Positions 1 to 13,722 of a DNA stretch of 64,000 nucleotides are shown piece after piece; positions within the stretch are counted from its first letter, which is position 1; each line of letters starts with the position of its first letter. The stretch is from NCBI RefSeq assembly GCF_964355755.1, contig NC_092674.1:29822001-29886000 (forward strand), written 5' to 3'. The position numbers were made by a program, and so were the translations under genes. The stretch is from Antedon mediterranea (taxonomy: Eukaryota; Animalia; Echinodermata). The notes below the pieces were generated by a model. It worked only from the letters and a program-made list of their open reading frames with translations, had not been told where the DNA came from and ran no database searches.

Positions 1-246
1 GGACTGTTATGGGTGGCTTCTACACTCTCTTCTTGATTCGGAACACCGTCGGTTGGTGATTGCTGCGAGCTACCAGCCAAATAAACAAAACTGTGACCTT
101 GAGGGCGTTTGTAACATCGTCTTGCACTTGCAGATTCTGCAACACAATCTCGACAAAACACTCGTGAACATTTCTTGCATTTGACAAAGAATGTACTACT
201 TTTGGTGGCACAGTTGAAGACTGAACACTTAAGTTCCCTTGTGTAC
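1..246 (-). CDS. TRIM exon with Cys7-His zinc-finger-like motif (CSVFNC..CKKC..CRDC..C..H), open to the window edge
   Basis: The phase-2 join puts this exon in an open Cys-rich frame, different from ORF 20..319. Confidence 0.7.
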
Positions 247-3200
247 CTAAGATGAAACAAAATTGAAATTTAATTAGGTGCTTAAGTTGAAAATTAAGAT
301 TACGGATTACTACCTGCATCCTGTGAAACCAATTTAATGCACATGTGTTTCAAAGGTCAATAAGCTAACTAAAATCATATTTTTTATATTCAATCATTCT
401 ACATGCAAACATAGTTGTACAGGGGTGTTGAGGAAAAGCCATTTTGTGACATGCTAAAGCTCTGTCTACACTATCAAACTAGTTTGACAAAAAAAGTGTG
501 ATGTGCCCAAATATGGTAGTGCTATGACATCATCATGTCCATATATAGGCACATCACATTTTGTTATCACATCAAGTTTTATTGTGTGGACAGAGCTTTA
601 ACCAACCCCCATCATCTTCTGTAAAATTTTCTACACATAATTTTCATCAATATTTCAACAGTGAAAGCAACTACTAACCCAGAGGATGACTTTTGACTGT
701 GTTGGTGACACCGCCTCCTTACTGGCGACACTTCTTCTGAGGTGGACTGAGCTGTTGCGCCCTCTGTTTGATTACCTAAATAAAGTCAACAATTAAATAT
801 TTTTAGCGATTGCTAAATAAAAATAAATAAAAAACACATTTTTCTAAAATTCAGAAAATTTCAATTGAACTGATCAATTCAATCAATCAAATATGGTAGT
901 GATATCACATCATCATGTCCATATATGGGCACATTAATTTTTTTTTTTTAACATAAAGTTTGACAGAGCTTTAAATGAGTAAAACAATTTTGGACTGTAC
1001 CATTATTTGCAGGGTTATCCTGCATGACAGACAGAATTTCCCTTGCTGAAAGTGAAACAGTTGTGCCAGCATCTCTATTGCTCTGGCCAGCCCAGTTGCC
1101 AGCATTCGGCCAAGCCGATCGTAGCGGCAGCTCAATCTCCATATCACTAATGTCACTGAGGTCAGGACTCTCTGTGGTTGATGAATTGTTTTCGCGGGCT
1201 GCTACCGAAAACGGAAGAGGCATGTATGGGTAGGAGCGTCGATCTACCAGAATAAAAAAATTGTTGGTGTTATCGCAAAAATATATTGGGTGTAAGCATA
1301 TAAATTTCTCCTCTATGAATATGTAATGTAACAATTGAATTGTGATCTGAGAGCTTCAAAAGAGCTAAAATTGTTTATGTTATTTTTACTTGTGTGTCTG
1401 CCGCCTTTTGTTTTGATTTTCTTTGCAACACCCTGCATGGCTAATGGTTTATATCTCATTTACATACTCATGAATTTAACACGAATACCCTAAAAACTTT
1501 TACATAAAATTACCTCTTATAGTGCAGTGGCGCAAGAAAGGGTGACATCCCAAATTTCTTCCCCCTTCCTCTATTGCTAGTGCTTCCCTCAGTTGGCTCC
1601 CTCTAAGACTAGTTGACCGCGAATGCATTGCACGTTGTGTAGTTCTGGTTGTTGAGGCTACCGTTGTTGATGTGGTTGTTGCAGCATTTGATGACTGACC
1701 AGTAGTTGTAGGTCTTGCTACCTCCTCTGTTCTAGTGCTATCAACATTCGTGTCATCATTCTCCAAGACCATCACATCTTCTGGTTGTATACTTCTTCGA
1801 GATCTTAACAAAAAACGGAAATAACATTTAAAATTCAACCGATATCTTTACTATATTATCTCCTGCTACATTTCATTTTATTTTCATTTCCATTTCATCA
1901 ATTCACTTCCAGCCCATTTTACAATAAAAAATCTTGTTCATTTTCGGACATGCAGAAGCGTCTTTATTAAATGATTTAGCTAAATATAATGCAAAAAATA
2001 TTAATTTGTTGTAAATTATTTGTAGCAAATATATTTCTATACTTATGTACATACAATTAGCAATCAAGATAGATAACTCCAAACAAATAATAAAATCGCC
2101 CAATCACCTAGGTGTGTTTGTAGTGCGCCGTGTACGGCCATTGTCCAGACGAAACCATTCTATATTCTCTGGTTCTTGTCCTTCACTTTCATCTGTAGTA
2201 GGGTCTCTTGGAGAGCTTGCTCCAGATTGACATCCTTCAGAGCTATTTGCTTTTTCTGCAAGTGAAGGAACACAATGTAATAAAATGAGAAGAAACATTT
2301 AATTCTGTATTTTAAGAGAAACCCTATCTCCTTAATAGGGTTGTATACTGTGGTCATAGTGTTGAAACATGCATTTCCCCTTGTTTATATCACAGGAATG
2401 TGTCCTCTTAATAGAGATGTCCCAAAGGAAGGGTTCTGAATTATGTATACCTGTGTCCTCAATAATAATGCCATGATTTGAGATCTTGTCAGCCATAGTG
2501 CAGTCCAGTAAACAGGACAGGTCATTCTGGGTGCATGGTTTAGCCTCCATACTACAGACAGCTTCACCTGTTTCTCGGCAATCAATCTAAACAAAGAAAG
2601 CAAAGTTGTAATTAAAAAATCTTGAGAAAGAAAAAATATTAAAATCATCAAATATGGAATACATCCGATTGTTTGACTGATATCACTTTATTTGACATTA
2701 ATAATATTTCGGCGGAAGAAGAAAAATCAAAAGAAGCAAGCTGTGGAAAAAGTAATCTTTTGATGAGTTTCCATATTATATTACTGAATGCTTGCAAATT
2801 CATCTAAATTATCTTACCTGCATCTGGGCCTTCTGCTGAAGGATTTCATAATCTGGTCCAGAAATAAGAGCTTGACACGAAGCATGGAGGCGATCACATC
2901 GACCAATCATATCGCTCAGCTGCCTAAAAAACAGACGATATAGAGAAATATAAAGAAATGAAGATGTATGCAGGGTAACAATAAATGGAGATCCATCTAA
3001 TAAAACGCAGGGGTAAAGGCCCCTGGTTTAGCACTCATAAGAAGCCCTCCAACGGTGGGTAGTTGCATTGGGGCTACTCATGCTCTGGGGCCCCTTAAGT
3101 TTCAGGGTTTAGCCAGTAAGTGCTGTAAGTATTAAGCTCTGTCTACACTAAAAAATGTCATGTTCCCAAATATGGACATGATGATGTCATATCACTACAA

Positions 3201-6200
3201 TATTTGGGCATATACAGTAAGTACCATATTTGGGCACATCACTTTTGTCAAACTATTTTGATAGTGTAGACAGAGCTTTACAACAGTACAGAGTTGTCTT
3301 ACTTTTTCTGTTTTTCTAGGCTCTTAACTTTACTACTTGATAAATTCTTTAATTTTCCTTTTATTTGATTTTCTCTTCTATACAACTTTCTCCGTAACAT
3401 CTCAAAATGATGCGTAATCTCTCGCATAGATTTTTCTTCCTGCAAAAACATCAATTTTTATTAATTATTATAATACATAAACCAATAGTGGTGTTTGTAG
3501 TCTATGAGTGCCACCTATCTGGATAAACCGACAGTAGCCTGTGCTTAGATATGAAAAGTAAAAAGTTCCTAGAACACCCATGTACCATAATAGACTAGCC
3601 CACAACCAGGCCCACATGTGGGAACATTCAAACGTACCTCTATCGATATACAATGTTAATATAAATGAATTTTATTATCAATGGCCTCAACATTATTACT
3701 GGTACAGTATTCCAAAGGACTCAAATTCATTGTGTTCTAGTTCTAATGCATTATTACATAGCTTCTAAGAAATGAAATTAATATTGATACAATTACAAAA
3801 TAATGATAATGACCTAATAAGAAGTCACAATATTGAATTTCATCATAAAGATACATTTCATGCAATGTTCAGAATATTGTACATTCTTGTATTACATAGC
3901 ATGGCTTCAAGGCCTCTTCACTATACAGTTCATGGCAAGTTTAACAACATATTCTACGAAGACAATTCTAGTATCTGCGATCGTTAAAGTCAAAAGCTTT
4001 TGGTAAGTATGATTTACAGCGTAACAAACTCGTGAATGTCGGTCGTTATCGGTATTACCTTAAATCTAATGGATGCAACCGTGTCGTGGATTGACTTTTT
4101 GCTCAACGTAACTTTCTCACGCTCTTTCATTATTTCATCCGCCAACTGTTTGCAAATCTGAAAAAATACAATAATAATAACTTTATTTGAAAACGGAAAA
4201 CTTGATCACTTAATATAGTGTTTTTAACAAGGCTATTTTAGTACATAGAAAAAAAAACAAACAAATAATAACAATCACACTATAATGCTCAAAATAAAAG
4301 TTTGTGCTCTAATGACTTTCAAAATACTGTACAGATACTATAACCATAATTCAAATTTTTAGATGTTTGTTTTCCATATTTATCTACAATTTATTTTTAA
4401 AAAATACTAAAATCAACTATACTATATTTCAAAAATATTTTCCCTTTGATAGTGCGACAAAATTACTTAATTTCAAATGTCAAACTAAAATATAATAATT
4501 TTTACCCTACGATGCATTTACACTGAATAAATGAACTAGTACTATTATTAACAAATTTATGATGTATATTTCGTATATCAGAAAACTGGGGCGTACCCAC
4601 CCCAGAGGCTTTGATAACATTTGTTTTATATCATCCTGAAGCAGACATATTAAAAATGATTTACAATAAAGTACAAAGCATTAAACATAATTCTAAATGT
4701 ATAATGGTAACATAAAGTTATTAAAGGGACTAAGAGAATGACTAAGCATTCATATTAGATATCATATCACATAATTAAACAGTTACATATAGCTAGACTT
4801 TAAATGCACTTGAAAACATTACATTATGCCAATCAAAATTACTATCTTATCAAAAGTGTGATGTTAATATCTAACAATTTTCAAACCACTCTCTTCTAAC
4901 AATACAATTTTTGGTAAAATGTTTACTTTTACCAAAGCTAATATGATATACAATCTTGTTTTCTGCATACAATAACCTACATGCTATCCATAACATACCG
5001 TCGAAATAGACACATTTGTTTTCCATTGGGTTTTCTAACCTAAAATATCTACATTAATACATAACAGCCCACACTCTGCCCCAGCATACTGTTTTCACAC
5101 TCTTAATGTAGTTAAAGTAATTAAAATTGACCCCTTGGCTTCATATTGTTAGCTCTACCCCCTTGGCTTCATATTGTTAGCCCTACCAATAGACCATCAA
5201 ATACTGCAGCCTTAATGATCCCCTTTAACACTGCTCTGTTGAACGTTTTTCAAGTTTCTGTGTTTTTTATATGTTTTATTTGCCATTACCACTGTTAATA
5301 GCTTTTGAACCCCAATGTAGTGTGCCAAACAGCATTAAATACTCTTCTTCTTTTCAGATACTATACGGCTCAAAGCTTCCATATTATCTGCCATTTACGT
5401 TTAATCTTTTAAATTCACTGTTAGAGTCAACATAGGTTGTTGAATTGTGTCCACAAGTTCAAGACAGATTTCATGAAACAATTAAAATCAGATTGGCAAC
5501 ATTTTAAGCCATGAGCCAAACCTGAAAATTGTGTGAACTTTTAAGCGAAAGACAAATCAATTTCACAGAATAATCAATGTTAGTTTGTTCAGTATTTTAT
5601 GAAAGTTCCATGATACACAGTCACATGTTTCTCACATATTTCCACTGTATCATAAGAATTATTTTAAAGGTTATGGGGCACTGTATTTAGGTATTTGCCT
5701 AGATACTGGACATAGACATTTTGAAATTTGCCTAGACACACTGTACTACAGCTAACGTTCTCACCTGTCTACCTTCTTCTGCAGCAGTACTAATGAGTTG
5801 GCACTCATGGCCTTCATGTTCGCCATACACCTGGCAATATATGCAAATGATCTCATTGTCAGTGATGCAGTACACCTTCTTTGGTTCTCGTTCATGGATA
5901 TTGCACACCAATACCTACAAAACAAAATAAAAATAACCTTTAACCTGAAGAACAAATTGTTGCATTATGATGGATACATCAATTATAAAGCTCTGTCTAC
6001 ACCATCAAACTTTATGTGACAAAAGAATGTGATGTGCCCATATATATATGGACATGATGATGTCATAATAATAATAATACTATAATATTATTATTTGTAA
6101 TATCTGTAAAAAAGAAGCAAAAATGTTCCAAATGCGTCACTGTCTCTATAAACTACTTTCCTTGATTTGTTTGACCTCAATAAATCCAGCAATGAAGAAG

Positions 6201-9200
6201 CAATTAAAGTTGTTTAAATATCGATAATTAAACTTAATTTTTGCGTTAACTATAACCTAATAAACTGAGCCAATATGTACATCTATAATCCACAGAGTAT
6301 AGAACTCGGACACTTAATTTACTTCAAATTTACTTCACGTATATAAGTAGAACACTAACACAAATTCCAAGTATAGTATAATAAAAATGTTATATAAAAA
6401 CAACTTAGGTATTTAGATACATATTCTCCTCTTAAACCTTTTGTAATTTAAGATAACAAGATAAGAAAGAAAAATCTCTCTAAGCTGAGACTAGAACATG
6501 CCCCTTCAATAGACAAGGGGTTTTGGGCAGCTGAGTTTTCACTGTATGTTTCATTGGATCACGTTATAGCTTTTCACCAAAAGTAGACACAGGTGGATCC
6601 AAAAAAGGTGGGGAAAGGAGGGTGTGGAGGACAATTGGTCAATAGGAGAATACTGCTTTTAAAAGTTTCATCTTTAGTATTTCAGTTGAAAGAGATACGA
6701 AAGTTCAAATGGAAATCTCAAACCCTGACAATTGATCAATCTGAATTACATATAGATTAATGTAAATTACCTAAGAGTTTAAGAGAGTGAAATCCAAAAG
6801 CTACGCGGCATTATTGATGTTGAACATTATTCATAAACAAAGTAAAATATGCAAGGTAGTTCAGAATATACTATTAAATACAACATTTGATAACGTGATG
6901 GCCACAAAGAGCATGTCAACAGAACAACTACTTTAATGTAAATACAAATACCTAATGCAAAGTCACGTCAAGGTCAGGACATCTTGTTATAATGTTACGA
7001 AAATTAACACATTATAACGAGAATATCGCCGCATCAATAATGCTATCATACAACACCATAAAACACTATCGCGTTTGAAATTAACTGAAACAGGCAAAAA
7101 ATATAAAATCTGCAATTTAGCAATCCACTTTATAACTTAGTAGGTCTTGACAAGAGGTAGTTAAATAATAATACAAATTGCTCATTATGTAGTATATCAT
7201 TGTATAATAGATACAATATAACAGCTTGTTTAAATGGCAAAAACATTCAACGATAACATAACAAATAATAATAGTGGTGTACAAATAAATGGATGGATTT
7301 GCTGGCTAAAGTAATAACAAGACAATTAGGAGGTTGGATAGGTCTGTCAACACCTGTCATCATCCACTGCTCTCTACTAAAAAAATGTCATAATTTTTCT
7401 GCGATTTAACATGTATTTTGGAATTATATCCAACACCCACACAAGCTTTTTGACTGTAAAACAAAAAATCTTTAAAAAATAGCAACTGTCGTCAACAAAC
7501 ATTTATTAATGATTCTCCGTCAAAAATGATAATAATTTGGCTAAATTTATTCATCCTATATATCATCCCATCTGTACTGTAAATGTTTATTGATGTCCCA
7601 GATTAATCCAATGGTTGAAGTATATCAATTTCAATTAGAAACAAACAATGCAGTTTGTAATTTCATGCGGTGATTAATAATTTAAAACCAAATAAGTAGT
7701 CCTTCTTAATTAATTACCGTAGATCTTGTGTATATGTTTGTCTTGTGAACAGGATTGCCACCTTTAAGAAGGACTTAATTTGCTTATGGTTATTCTTAGC
7801 AACTTGTCTAAATATATAAAATAAATAAACGCAAGGATGCTTGTATTTAGTATGGTCCGTGAATGAAGCAATGTTTGTAGTGTATAATAATAATATTAAT
7901 AATATGATTATTAATATTTCAACACAATATTAAACATTAAGTGTCACTACAAGTCAAGCATGTATAAACCAATCATTAAATACACAAGTTTAATTTAGCT
8001 CTGCGGTACTGACGACGCATCAAAGCGCAACAGCGCCGTGCCATAGGGACGTATGAAAGGTACATGCTAAGTTCACTACGAACTGTCGTGGGGAATCAAC
8101 AATTATTCTACACTGCAGCGTGGTGTTAAAAACAATCAGTATTAACTGATACTATTTCAACTTCATTAAAAGAAGATAGAAAATAATAAATATGACTTAA
8201 CATCAGATTATTTTAATTGTAATATGAAAAATATTTATTGAAAATACAATTATAATGAAAAAAAAGGAGATATTTTAAACCAACCAAAATAATATCGGGA
8301 AAAAACGATAATGATGTGAAAACCCGAGAGAGAAAGTCGGCAAATTAAAACGTTTGTTTCGTCTGATGCGAATGTTATTTTTAGAAATTTCTACAGTAGT
8401 TCAAATCCACTAGCATCTAGTTCTGAATTGTACGCAACCGTAAACTAATATGCAAATGAGGAACTTGACCTAAAAAAATGATTATAATTTCATGGTATCA
8501 GAAACAGCGGTAACACACAGAACAGATTCTGCAATAAATATAGTACAATCTGAGTACATTGTTCTTAGTAATTTAAGCATATCTTACTTCTTAAAGATAC
8601 ATTGTCCTGAACAATTAAAAAAAATGTTACCGTATCTCTTGAATACTTACAGGATTTGTAATATTACTACTGCTTTTATCTCCTGTATCTTCCAGTCCTT
8701 CTAATATCTCAAGAACGGCAAAGTTTTTAGCTAATCTCTCAACATCGTTTGAAAATCCTGACACAATTGTGTCCGTCTTGCATGAAGGACATCGCACATA
8801 GCCTCTTGCCACTTTTCCTATTAGTTTTTCCAAACAAGCTGCGAGAAATAAAAAAAAATAATAACCTCTCAACTAGTGGTAAAGAGTTGGTGGAGTGACC
8901 ATTAGTTGGAAGAGTGCCTGTGAGTCAGGATAGTGACCATTAGTCATGAGAGTGACCATTAGTTTTGAGAGTGAACAGTCAGTAGTTGGAAGAGTGACCA
9001 GTAGTTTGAAAAGTGGCTGTGAGTCGGAATATTGACCGTTAGTCATGCGAGAAATAACAAAAAATAATAACCTCTCAACTAGTGGTAAAGAGTTGGTGGA
9101 GTGACCATTAGTTGGAATAGTGACCGTTAGTCGTGAGAGTGACCGTATAGTTGGAAGAGATATTGATATTTATTTGAGTGGCACATAGGTTTGATGCTTT

Positions 9201-11671
9201 GCAATTATGCAGTTCTATTTCTATCTTTTGACAACAAATAAATAATACGTAAATATGTAGGGCACTGCAACCATTTGAGAATGTCATACATTTTTAGGCC
9301 ATTGCAAACACTTTGAAAGTGCTCTTGTCACGCTGCTGATATAACACCACCAAATAACTGTACATGTTACAAACAGCTTTTTACTCGAAATTGACTTCAG
9401 AACCAATTAATAAATTCAGAAATGTTGTGTAATTGATTGAATGGATTTGATGTTTCGCTACCAAAACACATCATCAAATTTAGGAAAGTATAGTTAATCG
9501 GAAATAATATTACTTTCAAGTTTAATTGCCACAAATAATCAAACGTAAAATGAAAGAAAGTCAACCAGGTGCTGGCAAATTTAGAGTATGTTTGAATTGA
9601 CAGCATATTAACAAATTCTTTGAAAAAATTCAAACATACTCTAATAGTAATACTATATATCTACTGAGCATATGCTAAAATATATTATAATATTCAAACA
9701 AACAACATTTAAAGAAAAAATTTTCTAATACCCTCAACATCTGGAATGTGTATATTGATATTCCTGTAATAGTATACACAAGACAGTAGAACAGTCTTGA
9801 TAGGATCCAGAGCTAGAGGGGGAGGGGGGAGGAGTTGGATGGGGAGGGGGGAGGAGTTGGATGGGGAGGGGGAGGAGTTGGATGGGGGGGGGGGGGGAGT
9901 TGGATGAGGGAGGAGCTCACTCACCCTTTTGACAGCGAAAATTAAATTTGAAAAAAACTGTTTGATATCAATTTTTGACAGAACATTTCATCATGTTTGC
10001 GCTTCCTTGTTTAAAAATCCTAGATCTGCCTCTGTCTTGTCTTTAAAGTAATTTCATATTAAAAACATTTTATAATTTGTATGTTTTGTCTACTTAGAAA
10101 ATCTTTATAAAACATTGACCTGTATTAAATGTATAAACAAAACTATTTGATACTCTTTAACAACTTTATGTTCTCACAATGCAAATGTGTTAACAGTAGA
10201 AAACATAGCAATAGGATATAAGTGCTATATGGCCTATTAAACAGTGTCTTGATGTTCATTCCATTGGGAACAAGGTACTTGCTGGGACGTTAAGAATTGT
10301 CAATCAGTTTAACAGCACAATTTAAGCAGACACATTAGTTTAAACTTAATATTTTTGTCTGAACATTTGTCTTTTAAAGTTGATCAAAACAAGTGATAAA
10401 TCATTGCGATGAGTGCTTATAATAGATGTTGGTTTTTTTTAAACGCTGAATGATAAATGCGATGTTTTAAATGAGGTAAACCTTGAGGATGTACAGTATG
10501 CCCTATTGACGACTAATTGGCAAGATTGGGACGTAAACAAAAACATATTTTGCGACAGAAACTGACCAATGATCGAATTCACGACGATGCTTTCAAGGTA
10601 ACTCAAATCAACGTTCATTCAAGGGTTATATTTATCATCACGTTCTCAAATGATTTAGGGAAAGATATTTGGAAAAGAACCAAATTAAACTTCACAAAGT
10701 TTAATTCATCAATTACTACAACAGCTATTTGTGAAAACTAAAAATAATTTAATTTCTAACTAAACCAATTTCAAGAAAAATGAAATTGATTTTGTAAATT
10801 GGTTTTTGAAATTTTTAATAGAAATGCAAATTTGTTTTTTAATGCATGTACGTTTATTAAAGTTTGTGATTGCTGTATAAATTTCAAGGTTAAACAAGTT
10901 ATAGTAACATAGTAAAATTTGTTGTTTTTGATATATGTCCGCTTTAGTCCATAATTAAATTCCTATTTCTAAGAAAAAATAAGACACAAATCTCATAATG
11001 CAATCACAAATTTCATTATAAATCGGTAAAAAGGAATGTGGAGAGTTGATAGTGTTTATGTACGATGCTTCATGTGAAGATTTGTGCAAGTTTCATTTTC
11101 ATACAAAAATTAATCAATAAATTGAATTTTTCTCTACAACTCATCTCGACGTATGGCCATCTAATACAAATCAGATTATAACTATCGTATTCACAAAATT
11201 AAACCAATTTATTTTTAGACAAGTATGAAGTTTCAAAAAGGGTGAAATGCTGGATGAGTTTGAATGTTTACACAAAACAAAACTAGTTCCATCTTGAAAC
11301 TCTACCCATGAGGCGCATTTTTAAGAGGAAAATAAAACTATAAAAACAGAATATCAAGCAGAGTTCTTACATTTTTGGAAATATAATATTTGGTTTATAT
11401 TATATCACCTAAAGTCTGAAGAAACTGACATAACATTAACGACGGACAAAAACGATAAAATTGTATATTGAGTATGGAGTACGGTATTAAACCTAGACAA
11501 GATCTCACCTGTGCAAAAACTGTGTCCACAAATCAAGATTCGTGGAACTGCTTTGCCGTTGCAGGAAAATCGGTGGTAACATATTGCACAATAGCGCCCT
11601 CTATGATCTTCGGTGTTTGAGTCTATACTTAGCGTACTAGTACTGATGTCGGACTTAGCTTGTGCCATCAT
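1..11671 (-). CDS. TRIM-family (RING/B-box/coiled-coil) E3 ubiquitin ligase, multi-exon, 3' end outside the window
   Basis: Phase-consistent GT-AG coding exons (minus strand): 11671-11509, 8838-8651, 5914-5765, 4157-4059, 3439-3303, 2923-2818, 2586-2451, 2255-2108, 1803-1514, 1243-1001, 775-679, 246-<1; about 667 codons with no stop. C3HC4 RING (CAIC..CGH..CTAC..CPSC), B-box 2, helical charged segment, S/T/R-rich linker, C-terminal Cys cluster. Confidence 0.85.
457..598. mobile_element. MITE family A copy (TIR AAGCTCTGTCTACACTATCAAACT)
   Basis: ~140 bp, TA/TWA flanks; about 11 full or partial copies in the window. Confidence 0.85.
679..775 (-). CDS. TRIM exon (GNQTEGATAQSTSEEVSPVRRRCHQHSQKSSSG)
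   Basis: Only one open frame, and it is the phase-compatible one. Confidence 0.65.
889..971. mobile_element. MITE family A, partial
   Basis: Internal motif aaatatggtagtgatat..catcatcatgtccatat and the right TIR. Confidence 0.7.
1001..1243 (-). CDS. TRIM exon, linker (DRRSYPYMPLPFS...)
   Basis: Matches ORF 948..1334; 243-nt phase 1/1 exon. Confidence 0.68.
1514..1803 (-). CDS. TRIM exon, Thr/Ser-rich linker
   Basis: Matches ORF 1500..1838; phase-compatible. Confidence 0.72.
2108..2255 (-). CDS. TRIM exon, disordered linker (EKANSSEGCQSGASSPRD...)
   Basis: cttgcag acceptor, AG|GTGAT donor; matches ORF 2104..2298. Confidence 0.72.
2451..2586 (-). CDS. TRIM exon (IDCRETGEAVCSMEAKPCTQNDLSCLLD...)
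   Basis: Open, phase-compatible with neighbouring exons. Confidence 0.7.
2818..2923 (-). CDS. TRIM exon (QLSDMIGRCDRLHASCQALISGPDYEILQQKAQMQ)
   Basis: Phase 2 in, phase 0 out; CAG|GTAAG donor. Confidence 0.8.
3134..3278. mobile_element. MITE family A copy
   Basis: Both TIRs present. Confidence 0.85.
3303..3439 (-). CDS. TRIM exon: coiled coil (EEKSMREITHHFEMLRRKLYRRENQIK...)
   Basis: I-x-x-x-F-x-x-L-x-x-x-L-x-x-R-E TRIM coiled-coil pattern; canonical splice sites. Confidence 0.82.
4059..4157 (-). CDS. TRIM exon: coiled coil (ICKQLADEIMKEREKVTLSKKSIHDTVASIRFK)
   Basis: 99-nt open exon, ttttcag acceptor, AAG|GTAAT donor. Confidence 0.8.
5765..5914 (-). CDS. TRIM exon: B-box type 2 (VLVCNIHEREPKKVYCITDNEIICIYCQVYGEHEGHEC)
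   Basis: C-x2-H-x8-C-x2-D-x4-C-x2-C-x5-H-x2-H in a frame not shown in the ORF track; 150-nt phase 0/0 exon. Confidence 0.9.
5988..6066. mobile_element. MITE family A, partial
   Basis: Left TIR and half of the interior. Confidence 0.75.
8651..8838 (-). CDS. TRIM exon: second half of RING (ACLEKLIGKVARGYVRCPSCK...LAKNFAVLEILE)
   Basis: Acceptor tttctcgcag, donor CCT|GTAAGT phase 0; L-x-x-N-F motif typical after TRIM RING domains. Confidence 0.88.
8841..9156. repeat. Local duplication (~70 bp, offset 206 bp) with degenerate GAGTGACCATTAGT repeats
   Basis: 8841-8910 is nearly identical to 9047-9117. Confidence 0.8.
9817..9913 (+). repeat. G-rich ~20-bp tandem repeat (GGGGAGGGGGGAGGAGTTGGAT), G-quadruplex-prone
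   Basis: About 4 units visible. Confidence 0.85.
11509..11671 (-). CDS. TRIM exon: start and first half of RING (MMAQAK...YCAICYHRFSCNGKAVPRILICGHSFCT)
   Basis: ATG at 11671; acceptor tttttag before 11712; donor CAG|GTGAG at 11509, phase 1. Confidence 0.85.
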
Positions 11672-13605
11672 TTCGATGCCACACAATTTGTATACTCTTC
11701 TATTCCACTTTTCTAAAAAAAATCAAACACAAATTTATAAATTATTTGAGGGATCTAAACATTCGTTTTTCGGATGATGGCAACGGCGGTGTGTAAATAA
11801 AAATCAAAAAGGTGGGGGTGAGTGATGCCATCTGATTTGAAGGTATCAGGGCTACTAAGAGTCATAGGTGGGATGAAGGTAATTTTAGAAACATCGAAAA
11901 TTGGGAAAAGAGCTGGTGAGACATAGAAACTCTCCTATTAGTCAAATTAAGAGGCCTAATCTATAGTAAGTTACTATATTTACACATTTTTCAGTATAAA
12001 TTTAGAGAGTTTAATTATTAAAAATGTGTTTACCGCAGACAAAGAGAGCGCGAATGCAACCTGATATCGCATATAATATTCAAAGCCAATAATAGCAATA
12101 TTAAGCCTATGTTGCAGCGAGTACAGCCTATTGAAAATCAAACCATACCTAAGGGCTTTATTAGTAATAGTTTAATACTATTACGCTAGGTCCTTTAGAA
12201 TTTATGGTTGGGTAAAATTAGTCTGTGATAATCTTGTACCAAATTGGAAACCTGACTGATTCTGATTTAAATACTAGATTTATTTGGTAATTGTATATAT
12301 TCAGCATCTTTTTACAGCAGATTCTGTCCTCATTCATATATTAGTTCTATATCAAGGCAAATCCTATAATACAGAATCACATATGTTTCATATGTGTTCC
12401 TGTATCATAGACAAATTAAGTTTATAAACATATTGTGTGAATAATAAACTGTAATAATATATTCATATGCATTCTATGCATCTCATAAAAAAAAATCCAG
12501 TGATTTTTGTTCCACAAAAAGATAAGTTGAACTACTTCGCAAAATTTATTATTAATATTACTGAATGAACTAAATCATTTTTTGGAGCGTTGAAATTGAC
12601 ACTCAATGCAAGATAAACAGAGAGTAAGAAGAGCTGTAATAAATAAAACTTCTACAGCGTTATGTAGTCTCATTTGATATACAATCTATGATAATAAATT
12701 TTGTTTATTACGTAAAGTAACTGTAGTTACCAATTCGAAAGCTACTCATATGAAGAATAATCTGCATGGGACCATTTGAGGGTTATAAAATGGACCACCG
12801 GGACTCTGGGCTTAAAATGTCCCCAGTCTACAACTCTCCTAGCCCAAAACTATCAGTGCTGTACTACACAATATATAGTAATACTGACAACATTTTGTAA
12901 ATGAGAGCCACCTAGCAACTGGAATTTTTTTTTGTAGCCCAGAGAGGTACAGTATTCAGAGCAAACCACACACTGTAACATTAAAATAAAACAGTGTGTT
13001 TAATAAGATGTTCTGTTGGGTTAAACACTTATTTTTCACTAGCCTGAACTAACAAGTGCTTTAGATTAACATTATGTTGGCTAGCCCTGAGCAATATTCA
13101 GACATGAGGCTACACGTTGTACTAATTTAAGCTCTGTAAAATGTAAATATAAACATTTTCATTAGACTTTTGATTTGTTATATTAAACAAAACACCAGAA
13201 AATATGAATCACATTTCTTAATCAAAGTACTTTTCCCAGAGCAGAGATTACTTTTGTTGCCACTAAATACTTAAAATAAATTGACTACAAAGATCAATGA
13301 AGGTACTTACTCAGTTTCATGCAAAACTGTCTCATTGTAAAGCTCTTATGAACAACTAACACAAGGGCAAGATAGAATGGAGAGTGTACATCACATTGGC
13401 CAACTTAACAGATTATTCTGTTTCTCTGCTTTGAACCAAATATAGTAGAGTGAAATCTGATTTGTTTCATCAGGGTGAGTGAAATGAATATGTAATTATG
13501 TAATTTCACTCTTCCTTGGTTTAATGTTCAGATAGATTAACAAACCAATAACTCAGGAAACACAACATTATTGGTCACCTCTAACTAAACATTTAATGTG
13601 AACTA

Positions 13606-13722
13606 AAGCTCTGTCAAACTAGTTTGAAAAAAAATAGTGTGATGTGCCCAAATATGGTAGTGATATACACAAATATGGTAGTGATATACACAAATATGGT
13701 AGTGATATACACAAATATGGTA
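13606..13722. mobile_element. MITE family A, partial, with internal 21-bp tandem expansion (CAAATATGGTAGTGATATACA)
   Basis: Left TIR followed by ~3.5 repeat units. Confidence 0.75.

Noticed and set aside
20-319. ORF-track proteins 20..319 and 5761..5955
   Set aside because: They overlap real exons but in the wrong frame. Splice phase and zinc-ligand patterns support the other frames.
8627-8650. Alternative donor CG|GTAAC at 8631 for the RING exon
   Set aside because: It gives phase 2 and would shift the B-box out of frame. The donor at 8651 (GTAAGT) is stronger and in phase.
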